64,000 bases of DNA from a virus (Duplodnaviria > Caudoviricetes): positions 3,306 through 67,305 of IMG/VR virus record IMGVR_UViG_3300027863_001680; one strand, written 5' to 3'. Position 1 is the stretch's first letter; each line of letters opens with the position of its first letter. The notes below the pieces were generated by a model. It did no database searches. It was not told the DNA's origin and was given only the letters and a program-made list of their open reading frames with translations. Below, piece by piece: positions 18,901 to 27,156 of this stretch. The position numbers and the translations under genes were made by a program.

Positions 18901-19063
18901 TCAGGAGGTGATCTGTGCGTTGCTCGCCCCCCTCCAGTGCTATCCAATTGCTACCTGCTTCGGTGTAACCAAGCTGTTCTACTAATTCCCCTAGCCGCAC
19001 TTCGTTACCCTGTCCTTTTCGCCAAGTAGCCGCAAGATCCAACGCGCAGACTAGTTCTGGCAC
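15941..19063 (-). CDS. Large N6-adenine DNA methyltransferase (Eco57I/type IIG-like architecture, probable C-terminal target-recognition region)
   Basis: YYTP, motif I VLDPCCGSGVFL, motif IV VVGNPPW. Confidence 0.88.
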   Translation of the reverse strand: MPELVCALDLAATWRKGQGNEVRLGELVEQLGYTEAGSNWIALEGGEQRTDHLLRAAKNAGVKGIYLLSTSPPMEGVPKLSPRPVVYVAEATDEYDARRIHRNVWNLGTAPFLIVLLPGKVRVYRGFGYNQDDENAELIESLDDVTTSMVRTALACFYRAEIDSGRIWQAQAHNVRTDTRVDHQLLRNLNELGDKLVFERHLPPRVAHALIGKYTYISYLRHRGILSDKWLGENNLDINLVLSKDATRDGLVALVEALESRFNGQIFPLEETDTVDDSAIAFVASVFQGDQAGGQLAFDFKVYNFSHIPVETLSLIYEQFLRREETNRAAGAYYTPEPLADYLISELNGANPLALGMRVLDPCCGSGVFLVLAYRGLISREMCRLDRDLTADELKLLLQKSIYGVERNPDACYVAELSLLLTLLSYVEPPDLHANKDFRFPVLHNKNIFACDFFDPTCEFWQSGLRFHWVVGNPPWKELEPDNEMEAIREAPILKWMEDAKDQNRPISRYRTSDAFAWHATDVLEPDGCAGLVIPAKTLTNDHCAEFRRRFFEAHSVASVTNFANLFEVLFEKRARLPAATLVYSVADGRSDKPSITHYGPIAANQVATLATQTKGKRAWLITVYENEIQAIKHSDAETGDAETWKLALWGTYRDRKAIARLRTLFPITLEGLCKDRNWRIRLGLQLREEDFEPDPKKRTTEPVSELADLKLLDTKGMRQSGYVLTVPPGVLKEIPTALHHVRKGRRAGLDVARAPHMFFDIKFAAYSDANFVLSHPHIGLAVPEKDADHLRALSLVLNSSLTKYLLFFHSSSWGVFVSSVGLNETKEIPVPVMSDEQINELALLHREMAADEMAPAQGMLVGEAPDMQAAIDDAVERVLDVPEEISVVAREFMQVRYQLNQGKVPGSVVRPPKPAELERYAARLLKELDEFSGERHVARINQARELTLCTVRLGNASDDRMLVVEEEGDEITDSHKDLWEALGQERSQWVYVQRSLYFFDGDAVHIMKAPRLIDWTETQALLDSDDVIAEVLAQPGGEE

Positions 19064-19231
19064 ATCCGCAGTGCGAGATCTCCAGAACGCCCGCTCACCA
19101 AACTGTATTACAAAGGCCCTCTCGTTGTCAAGTCTGAGCTTGGGTGGTTCAATGGATGGCCTTTTCCAGCATATCGGCTCTGAACTCTGAGAGCTCAGAC
19201 CCAGCCGCCAGTCGATCTCGCGATATCCTCA

Positions 19232-20023
19232 TTACTCGTCCCAGTGCCTCTCGACTATGAAGTCCGGAACAACCAAGTTCCAGTCAGAGAGGAACTTGTT
19301 GCTGCCCTTATACGACCGCTCAAGGTAGTGAGGTGATTTCGGACACCGGGCCTTGAGGCGTTCGAGGTGTGAAGGATCGACCATTAGCTGCTCGCGATGC
19401 TGATCCAGGAAGAACCCGACCTTGGCGGCAGTCGTGGCGTTTTCCAGCAGTTCGACATATTCGACTATCTTGTCCAGGTGGTAGTAGTCGACCATCTCCA
19501 GTGATCGCCAGACCTCTTCCCAGCTACCCGAGAATTCCGGCCTCTGCAACACGTCCGCCATGGTACGCTCCAGACTGGTGACACGCAGCGTTTCCCCATG
19601 GGATTCAGCTTCCTCAACGGCGAACATTTCCTGCTTCTTGACAAGCAGCGCACGCGGAAACAGCACTGCCTTGAACACTTGTCCCTCGTACTCGAACGAG
19701 TTGACGCGCGAGCGAGAGCAGCAGACGTAGTCGTTTCGCACAGTGTAGGCTTTGCCGTGGAACTGCATCGCCGTGTGATACGCGAGAACTGCGTCGGGAG
19801 CCATCTTCGCGCATATCAGATAAGGATCGGCAACCACAGGTCGCCCGGGAGGCGCGCTTAGGTAGAGCCCTTTTCGCACCGGCTTGACCCTTCCGGTGCG
19901 AATGTAGTACTTGAGCAACGCCCTTCGACTGGCCACCTTTACCGGGTGCTCACGGGAGCAGAAATCGTCAAACTCCCGCACGTCGAATACCGTCTTCCTG
20001 TTCAGAAACGCTTGAGTCTTCAT
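19232..20023 (-). CDS. AbiEi-family (type IV TA) antitoxin / transcriptional regulator, with no adjacent toxin
   Basis: N-terminal wHTH (GRVKPVRKGLY), LAYHTAMQFHG, VTSLERTMAD. Confidence 0.82.
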   Translation of the reverse strand: MKTQAFLNRKTVFDVREFDDFCSREHPVKVASRRALLKYYIRTGRVKPVRKGLYLSAPPGRPVVADPYLICAKMAPDAVLAYHTAMQFHGKAYTVRNDYVCCSRSRVNSFEYEGQVFKAVLFPRALLVKKQEMFAVEEAESHGETLRVTSLERTMADVLQRPEFSGSWEEVWRSLEMVDYYHLDKIVEYVELLENATTAAKVGFFLDQHREQLMVDPSHLERLKARCPKSPHYLERSYKGSNKFLSDWNLVVPDFIVERHWDE

Positions 20024-20067
20024 ATCCCATCACTCACACTTGATACTGTGTATCGATAAGTATAACT

Positions 20068-20096
20068 ATACTATCCCATTTGCGGCATTGAGTCAA
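20068..20096 (-). promoter_or_regulatory. Sigma70-type promoter for the AbiEi gene (TTGACT-N17-TAGTAT)
   Basis: Read on the reverse strand. Confidence 0.6.
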
Positions 20097-20178
20097 GTAT
20101 ATCATCGGTCATCACCCGGCAAATCTTGAGGGCATGTCGCAATCAGCATAAGTATTTTACCCTGTATGCAACGTAGAT

Positions 20179-20270
20179 TCAAGACGCTGCCCGACGACTT
20201 CCTGGATGGAGTATCGCCGGGCGACGATGTCTCTGCAAGGGTCTGCGCCGCCTCTGTCCTCCAGAAGATC
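20179..20270 (+). pseudogene. Degenerate relic of the 3' half of gene 14672..15064
   Basis: TCAAGACGCTGCCCGACGACTTCCT...GGGCGACGATGTC matches 14859-14907; TCTGCAAGGGTCTGCGCCGCCTCTGTCCT matches 14957-14985. Confidence 0.8.
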
Positions 20271-20296
20271 AGCTCCAAGCAAGGCGTATAAAATAG

Positions 20297-20329
20297 TTTC
20301 ACCACTCCGCATGTGTCTCCGGTAAATAT
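20297..20329 (+). promoter_or_regulatory. Putative late promoter, copy 2 (TTTCACCACT-N11-TCCGGTAAATAT)
   Basis: Conserved 33-bp motif upstream of the head operon. Confidence 0.65.
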
Positions 20330-20385
20330 TGGAGAGGCAGTTTCCAGGCTTACCTGGACGCCTCGACACCGGACCGGAGATACGG

Positions 20386-23300
20386 ATGGAACTCTTCGCC
20401 ACAGACCTTGAGCGGCTGGCATTCCTGCTGGAAACGGATGCTTCTTGCTACCTGGAAGACCTTGTCGCCCAGGGTACGGAACTCGTTACAGAAGAACTGC
20501 CGCCGGACGAACGTCCGAAGTACATTACCAACTATATCGGCTCGAAGCAGAAGCTGGTCGACTGGATATGGAAGCACACCCCCGAGGGTGTAAGCTCGGT
20601 CCTCGACGCGTTTTCCGGCTCGGCGGTCGTTGCATACATGTACAAGAGCAAAGGTATGCGTGTTGTTGCGAACGACCGAATGCATTACTGCCACCACGCC
20701 GCGCGTGCCATTATTGAGAATTCAAGCGTTCGGATCACCCAGGAAGAACTCGATGCGCTCCTTGCCGATAACCCCAAGGCAGGCACGTTCGTCCGGGATA
20801 ATTTCAAAGGCCTGTTCTTTTCGGAAGGCGTCCACAAGATAATTGATGTTATCCGGGCGAATGTCGATGCGCTCTCTGGCTGCAAGAAAGACATCGCCCT
20901 CTTTGCACTCGGCAAGACATGCATGTCCGGCAAGGGCGGTTTTGGCCACTTCTCCTCCTCAACCGACTACGGCAAGAGGCAGGACACACCAGAGGAGTTC
21001 AAGGAACGATTTGCCGACAATGTTGCACGCATAAACGCGCTCATCTTCGATAACGGCAAGGAATGCAAGGCATATCGGAAAGATATCAATGATATGCTGG
21101 CCGAGGTCAAAGTCGATCTCGCCTACTTCGACCCGCCTTATGCGACTGAGTTCTCAACTACCAACTACGAAAAATCCTACCACTTCGTCGAGGGTCTCAT
21201 GACATACTGGGACGGCCTTACGCTTGTCGGCGACTCGAAGACTCACCACTACGAGACTGACCACAAGACCGTCACCAAGGCGAATGCCAAGGAGTTCTTC
21301 TCGACATTTCTTTCGAGCGCCAAGCACATCCCGAACTGGCTCATCTCGTACCGGGACCATGCGTATCCGAACGAAGACGAGATGAAGGAGATCATATCGG
21401 CCAGCGGCATGTCCAGCCGAATGCAGTCTCAGCAGCATCACTACCACATCTCTTCTAGGCACTCGGAGAACTCTCAGGCGATGGAGCGGCTTTTCATCTG
21501 TTCGAAAGCGGGAGAGATGAAGCAGGCTGCGAGCCTGTGCCCGATGTGTTCGAAAATGCAGACACAGGCCGAGTGGGACGAGAGCGAAAACGAGATCCGC
21601 TATCGCGTGCGCGACCCCGAACAGTTCGAGCAGGAAAGCTTCAGGCACAAAGCCCTCGACGGCGTCGACGGTGTCTCCATCATCATCGGCAGGCTCAAGA
21701 AAGAGTTCACCCCAGAGGGTCATGACCCGAAAGCGATGGTCGTGCAGGCATATCGCTTTGCCAGAAAGACTGAACAAAACCCGGACGGCTGGACTCTTGA
21801 AAAGGCTCAGAAATGGATTGAGGAACACGAGCCTCAAGCTTCCGAAGCCGAAACCCGCATAGAGGAAAACATGTGGGCTCTCGCCGATGCCCCACTCTCG
21901 GACGAGATGGATTTGCTTTCCTGCCAGGCGGGAATGGACCCGGTGCGAGTTACCGGCTTCATGGGCAACAAATACATGATGCTTGGTTGGATAGAGCGGC
22001 AGGTGCCGAAGGAGGCGAAGACCCTCGTTGACGCGTTCTCCGGCGGAGCTAATGTTGCGTACCACTTCAAGCGCAAGGGCATGAAAGTGGTCGCGAACGA
22101 CCTGCTGCTCTATCCATATCACATTGCTCGGGCCGTTGTCGAGAACTCACACGAGGTTCTGACCGACGAAGACATCGAGAGGATTCTCGCGCCGAACTCG
22201 AACGCCGGCAGCTTCATTGTCGACAATTTCCACGGTTACTACTACACCAAGAAAGTGCTCGCGTGGCTTGACCAGGTGTGGGCGAATATCCAGAAGCTGC
22301 CCGGCTATAAGAAAGACCTCGCGCTCGCCGTGCTCGGAAACACCGTCAAGGCCAAGAGTCTCTACGGTCAGTTTCATCGCTCGAAGCTGAACCTGAAAGC
22401 CGACGCAAATATCGAGACCGATGCCGGTGTGAAGGAAAACCAGCTTGTGAACCTGCCGGTCTCCAGCCTGGTCGAGAGCTTCAAACGATATGCAAGCCAG
22501 ATCAACAAGCTGGTTTTCGACAACGGCCAGGAGTGCAAAGCATTTCACGGCGATGCTGTCGAGGCGGTGCGCAAGTTCGGCGGGGATGTGCTGTACCTTG
22601 ACCCACCTTATATCACCGAGTTTTCCAACAACGACTACGAATACTCGCTGCATTTTGTCGAGGGTCTCATGAACCGCTGGGCGGACAAGACGCTCCTCGA
22701 TGATAACCGACGCAGCTATAAGTCCCGCACGCACTATGACCGCGACAGCATCCGCTCGCTCATTGAGAACCTTGCGTCCGAGGCTCGCGGTAAGTATGGG
22801 ACAGTCATTATGTCCTACCGCGACCACGCATTCCCCACTGAAAAAGAGATACGCGACATTTTCGCAGAGCGGTTAGGCAACGTGCGCGTCAGAGGAATGG
22901 ACGTAGAGTACAACATAGTCCTTGGCAAGGAAGGCGGGGGCTCGAGCGGTCGCGAGTTGCTTTTCATCTCCTCGAAGTCCGAAAGCGCGCCGAAGTCGAC
23001 AGCGGCGGCACTGCCCGGAAACTGCCACACATCCATACCGGTCGAAGTGCGCCTTGAAGCATCGGCCCAGTTGTCGGCGTCGGCTATTGATATCAACCCT
23101 AACGCCGGCGACCCACAGTTCAGCTTCATCATGTGCCGGGCCGGGACCAACAAGAACGGTGATCACTTCACACCGGAAGAGCTCTCGACACGCTGCACAA
23201 CGGCGATCAACAAGAAGATAGACCTCAAGCACTCTCAGGACCTCACCGACATCGTGGGCGGGATCATTGCCGCCGAGTTTGTCGAGGACGAGACCGGCGG

Positions 23301-24234
23301 CAGGGTCGAGTGCGCGGGCGAACTATATGTGGCGGACACACCTACAGCCGCGCTTGCCCACAAACTCATGAAGAAGGGCGTCATCTCACAGGTCTCGATG
23401 GAGTGCGACTACGAAGCCGGCGAGTGTTCCATTTGCGGCAAGATGGTGACCAACAAGAACGATTACTGCATCCATCTTCGCAAGTTCAAAGGCGCGGAAT
23501 ACCAGGGCAAGCCGGTCTTCGAGATCCTGCACGGCGTTACGTTTACCGGGTTGGGTCTTCTCGACCGCAAAGGCGCCGACGAAAATGCGCGAATAACACA
23601 AGTCGCCTCGCAAGAGGCGAGGCAAACCGATCCCACAGACAAAGGAGGCAGCTCAGTGGAAGACGACAAGAAAGAGACCGACGAGCAGCGCGAAGAGGCT
23701 GCGAAGAAAAAGGACGCCCCGGGCGGCGGCGCTGCGCCTGCGGACGACAAGGCCCGCGTAAAGGAGCTTGAGGACGAGAACAAACAGCTCAAGCAGCAGG
23801 TGTTGGACCTCCAACAGCAGGTTCAGGAGCTTGAGGCGGCAAGTAAGGCCGCCGCAAACAAAGCACGGGCCGCGAAGCTCGTCGCCAAGATCGAGAAATC
23901 CGGAATGACTTTTGCCTCCGACGAGGAGCGTGAGAAGGAACTCGGGAGGCTTGTGGAGCTTTCAGATGATGCGTTCGCTGCAACCGAAGCCGCCTACGAG
24001 CGCGCCATGCAGGCCAAGTCCGCAAACTCCAAGACTGAGACATCGACGAAAGACTCTGAGGAAAAGCCCGACACAAAGGCGGCAGAGTCGAAGAGGCAGA
24101 TGCGCACCGATGCCGGTGTGCGGCCCCTGGATGTGGATGACACGAAGACGAGCCTTGAGGACAAGCTCAAGGATGGCTTCATGATCGCCTACCGCGAGCG
24201 TGTGGGTCTTGCGGATTCAGGCAAGAGCGACTAA
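20386..24234 (+). CDS. Fusion of two D12-class (Dam/FokI-like) adenine methyltransferases, a prohead protease and a scaffold coiled coil
   Basis: ATG at 20386 after GGAGA; NYIGSK/DAFSG/DPPY, then FMGNK/DAFSG/DPPY; protease-like DLKH, VSMEC, CSICG, FTGLGL; E/K/A-rich tail directly before the capsid genes. Confidence 0.82.
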   Translation: MELFATDLERLAFLLETDASCYLEDLVAQGTELVTEELPPDERPKYITNYIGSKQKLVDWIWKHTPEGVSSVLDAFSGSAVVAYMYKSKGMRVVANDRMHYCHHAARAIIENSSVRITQEELDALLADNPKAGTFVRDNFKGLFFSEGVHKIIDVIRANVDALSGCKKDIALFALGKTCMSGKGGFGHFSSSTDYGKRQDTPEEFKERFADNVARINALIFDNGKECKAYRKDINDMLAEVKVDLAYFDPPYATEFSTTNYEKSYHFVEGLMTYWDGLTLVGDSKTHHYETDHKTVTKANAKEFFSTFLSSAKHIPNWLISYRDHAYPNEDEMKEIISASGMSSRMQSQQHHYHISSRHSENSQAMERLFICSKAGEMKQAASLCPMCSKMQTQAEWDESENEIRYRVRDPEQFEQESFRHKALDGVDGVSIIIGRLKKEFTPEGHDPKAMVVQAYRFARKTEQNPDGWTLEKAQKWIEEHEPQASEAETRIEENMWALADAPLSDEMDLLSCQAGMDPVRVTGFMGNKYMMLGWIERQVPKEAKTLVDAFSGGANVAYHFKRKGMKVVANDLLLYPYHIARAVVENSHEVLTDEDIERILAPNSNAGSFIVDNFHGYYYTKKVLAWLDQVWANIQKLPGYKKDLALAVLGNTVKAKSLYGQFHRSKLNLKADANIETDAGVKENQLVNLPVSSLVESFKRYASQINKLVFDNGQECKAFHGDAVEAVRKFGGDVLYLDPPYITEFSNNDYEYSLHFVEGLMNRWADKTLLDDNRRSYKSRTHYDRDSIRSLIENLASEARGKYGTVIMSYRDHAFPTEKEIRDIFAERLGNVRVRGMDVEYNIVLGKEGGGSSGRELLFISSKSESAPKSTAAALPGNCHTSIPVEVRLEASAQLSASAIDINPNAGDPQFSFIMCRAGTNKNGDHFTPEELSTRCTTAINKKIDLKHSQDLTDIVGGIIAAEFVEDETGGRVECAGELYVADTPTAALAHKLMKKGVISQVSMECDYEAGECSICGKMVTNKNDYCIHLRKFKGAEYQGKPVFEILHGVTFTGLGLLDRKGADENARITQVASQEARQTDPTDKGGSSVEDDKKETDEQREEAAKKKDAPGGGAAPADDKARVKELEDENKQLKQQVLDLQQQVQELEAASKAAANKARAAKLVAKIEKSGMTFASDEEREKELGRLVELSDDAFAATEAAYERAMQAKSANSKTETSTKDSEEKPDTKAAESKRQMRTDAGVRPLDVDDTKTSLEDKLKDGFMIAYRERVGLADSGKSD

Positions 24235-24245
24235 GGAGGAAACAA

Positions 24246-24608
24246 GTGCCATTTCTTAACCCCAATCATCGCGGGCTTGCCTATGGTGACGGCTACATGC
24301 AGGGCGCGGGATCGTGTGGCCAGGTTGTAAAACTGGTCGGCAACGATCTTTTCGCCGTGAACACCGATCCGACGGCCAAGTCCTTTGGAATTCTCATCAA
24401 AGACTACAAGAATGGCGAGATGCCGGGAATTTTCTGTATGGGCGGCGTATATGAGACCGACGTCTTCGAGGGCAACATCAATCCCAATGATGACCTCAAG
24501 GTCTCCGCAACCGGCAAGCTTACAGCGGGCGTGGCAGCCGGTGACCAAGTCGTGGCCCGTGCCATATCGCTTTCGGGCGGGACTCTCAAGTTCCGACTGC
24601 TTATCTAG
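24246..24608 (+). CDS. Head decoration / capsid cement protein (putative)
   Basis: Gly-rich 120 aa between protease and capsid; AGGAGG RBS. Confidence 0.6.
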   Translation: MPFLNPNHRGLAYGDGYMQGAGSCGQVVKLVGNDLFAVNTDPTAKSFGILIKDYKNGEMPGIFCMGGVYETDVFEGNINPNDDLKVSATGKLTAGVAAGDQVVARAISLSGGTLKFRLLI

Positions 24609-24622
24609 CCAAGGAGGGTCAG

Positions 24623-25486
24623 TTGAAGACAGGTCAGGTAAATATCCACAGCCAGGAATACATGGAAGCGATGGCCCGGCTTATGAGCGAGGCGCTCGAG
24701 TCCCCGGAGGGGATGCGCGCTCTTGCCGCAGCCATCGCTGAACCCATATCGCAGGAGATAGACCGTAAGGAAAAGTCGTCTCTCCTGCTTACTCAGCACA
24801 CGCTTCCCAGAGGCGAACGGCCGATCTACCAGAAAAGGCCGACCGTGAAGGCCTACTGGATAAGCAATGAGGGTGAGGCCCGAGAGCAGGAAGTCGGCCA
24901 GGAAGAAGTGGAGTTCCCCACTCACAGAATCCACTCGACTCCGATGGTGGACATATCGGTGCTCAAGCACGGCAACATCGGTACGCTCATGGACATCCAG
25001 ACATCCGCCGCCAAGGAGATAAGCAAGGAGATGGACAAACGCACCATCACCGTCATCTCCGCCGCCGTGCCCGCCGCAAACACCATCGAGGTGACTGGCG
25101 GCCAACTCACCGACGATGCGCTCAATGAAGCCATATCGATCATTGAGGACCTAGAGCTTTCGGTGAAGTATATCGTTATGCGCGGTCGGCGCTTCAACGA
25201 CATGCGCGATTGGGACCTTGACCCGGAAACACGGGCGGAATTGCGGACCAAGGGTGTCATCAAGAACTACGGCACCGGCGGGATCATGCTTACCGCGTCA
25301 GCCAGCATGGACGAGATTCTTATCATCCCGGATGAAGAGATAGGCAAGATGCCGATTCGCGAGCCGCTGAAGACAGAGGCCATCGAGCAGAAGACCCGCT
25401 TCAAGACGGGTTGGCTTGTATGGTCCGAGCTTGGTCAAGGCGTCACCCGTCCGGAGATCCTCGCGAAGATAAAGATACTGCCCTAA
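24623..25486 (+). CDS. Major capsid protein (HK97 fold, putative)
   Basis: 287 aa; position after the protease and decoration genes. Confidence 0.75.
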   Translation: MKTGQVNIHSQEYMEAMARLMSEALESPEGMRALAAAIAEPISQEIDRKEKSSLLLTQHTLPRGERPIYQKRPTVKAYWISNEGEAREQEVGQEEVEFPTHRIHSTPMVDISVLKHGNIGTLMDIQTSAAKEISKEMDKRTITVISAAVPAANTIEVTGGQLTDDALNEAISIIEDLELSVKYIVMRGRRFNDMRDWDLDPETRAELRTKGVIKNYGTGGIMLTASASMDEILIIPDEEIGKMPIREPLKTEAIEQKTRFKTGWLVWSELGQGVTRPEILAKIKILP

Positions 25487-25498
25487 GGGAGGTGCGTT

Positions 25499-25852
25499 GT
25501 GATAAAGGTCAAAAATGTAAGGCCCGGGATTCTGATTATTCCGGGCAGCAAGCTCAAGCTCTCGCCGGGTGAAACCGTGGAACTGAGTGATATCTCCGTC
25601 CAAGCCCAAAGAGCGATAGATGACGGCCTTCTAGCCAGAGTGGACAAGGAGCAGGAGGCAAAACCCAAGGCCAAGGCTGCAAGTCGTGGTCCGGAGAGCA
25701 AGGAACCGGACAAGACTCAAGCCACCGGCACGGAGGCAGAGCAGACCTCAGTTGCAGACGGCGATCCCGGTAAGGCTGGTGAGGCGTCCGAGCCTGAGAA
25801 GAAGAACACCAAGTCGAAGCAACCTGTCGAGGCTGAAAATGGCGACCAGTGA
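25499..25852 (+). CDS. Virion-associated hypothetical protein
   Basis: RBS present; follows the capsid gene. Confidence 0.55.
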   Translation: MIKVKNVRPGILIIPGSKLKLSPGETVELSDISVQAQRAIDDGLLARVDKEQEAKPKAKAASRGPESKEPDKTQATGTEAEQTSVADGDPGKAGEASEPEKKNTKSKQPVEAENGDQ

Positions 25853-26315
25853 TCTTCTGACCATGCTGCGAACCGATCTTGCCGATCCGAACGGCGAGAC
25901 GTTTAAGGACGAAGTGCTTACGCGCTGCATCCTGAAGAGCGTCTCTCCGGTCGCGCGTGACTTGGGCGTGGAAATGTCGATAGCTGGTGGAGAGGTAACA
26001 CCGGAGCCGCAGGGCGAAACACTTGAGCTATTGCTTCTGCAGGCACAAATAGAAGCATGCCGCTTCATGCGGATTGCGACCGCCAATTCGTTCTCGTTTT
26101 CATCGGGCGATAAACGGGTGGACAAAACAAGCCAGCCACAGAACTGGGCGAAGCTGGAGAACGACCTTACAGCGACTTACTCCGAACGGCTTCGTGAGAT
26201 AAAGCCGGACGCAGCAGTCGATGACGGTTACATCTTTACACCGAAGCCGCTTCGTCCGGTCATATTCGAGCAGGGGCGACATCACTGTCGCGACCATCAT
26301 GACCATACTCACTGA
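25839..26315 (+). CDS. Head-tail adaptor (putative)
   Basis: ATG at 25839 (MATSDLLTMLR); neck-module position. Confidence 0.55.
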   Translation: MATSDLLTMLRTDLADPNGETFKDEVLTRCILKSVSPVARDLGVEMSIAGGEVTPEPQGETLELLLLQAQIEACRFMRIATANSFSFSSGDKRVDKTSQPQNWAKLENDLTATYSERLREIKPDAAVDDGYIFTPKPLRPVIFEQGRHHCRDHHDHTH

Positions 26316-26661
26316 TCAGGAGAAAGCAACAGCGGCCGAGGAGGTCAGAAACCTTATCACCTCGTCAGGTCAATCGGCGGCGCTGCTGAGAAAACAGGCG
26401 GGTGAGAAGCTGTATGGCTCCGATGAGGGAACGTTCGTTGAGGTTTGCGTGTTCTCTTTGGAGCTTTCCGAGACCCCGTCGCCAGACTTGGCGAAGAGGG
26501 CTGATGCAGCCGCAAGTGTTTTACCTGAGCTTGATGTTCGCGTGGAGGACCGTGTTCGTTTCGAGGGTCGTGACTTTCGGGTGCAGACAGTTGCGCCACA
26601 ATCGCTTTTTGGCGTGGAGACTCACAAGGTTCTGGAGTTGGTGATCCTGCATGGGAGTTAG
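26299..26661 (+). CDS. Head closure / stopper protein (putative)
   Basis: ATG at 26299; DVRVEDRVRFEGRDFRV resembles head-closure proteins. Confidence 0.55.
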   Translation: MTILTDQEKATAAEEVRNLITSSGQSAALLRKQAGEKLYGSDEGTFVEVCVFSLELSETPSPDLAKRADAAASVLPELDVRVEDRVRFEGRDFRVQTVAPQSLFGVETHKVLELVILHGS

Positions 26662-27139
26662 GCGCTTCGGCGACTGGGACAAGGCTAGGAGACTGCTCTG
26701 CAATAACCCTGGCCATAGAATGGCTCTCGCGATCCGACAGGCGACTATAAAGAACGCGCTGCTGCTGGTTCGCGAGATAAAGCGCGGGATACGTGATCAG
26801 GCTCCGGGTGGCAAGCAGTTCGCGCCACTCGCGCAGGTGACAATCGACCGAAAAGGCTCAAGCAAGGCGCTCATTGACACGGGATTCTTAGTCAACAGCA
26901 TCACGCAGAAGATAATGTCCGACCGGGCATTTATTGGTCTCTTACGAACCAGCCTTTACAAAGGCGGCGAGAGCGCCGCGAACATCGGCACGATCATGGA
27001 GTATGGCTGTACGATCAACCACCCGAACGGTGCTGTGATCGTGATCCCGCCGAGGCCGTTTCTGCACCCAACCATGGAGAAATATCGGAACGAAGTGATC
27101 GGCAACTACCGCGAGGCACTGGCCTCGGTTCTTAAGTGA
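26651..27139 (+). CDS. Tail completion / virion morphogenesis protein (HK97 gp10 / Mu gpG-like)
   Basis: LIDTG.L..SI, EYG, IPPRPFL motifs. Confidence 0.7.
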   Translation: MGVRRFGDWDKARRLLCNNPGHRMALAIRQATIKNALLLVREIKRGIRDQAPGGKQFAPLAQVTIDRKGSSKALIDTGFLVNSITQKIMSDRAFIGLLRTSLYKGGESAANIGTIMEYGCTINHPNGAVIVIPPRPFLHPTMEKYRNEVIGNYREALASVLK

Positions 27140-27156
27140 AAGTGAGAAAGGAAGAT

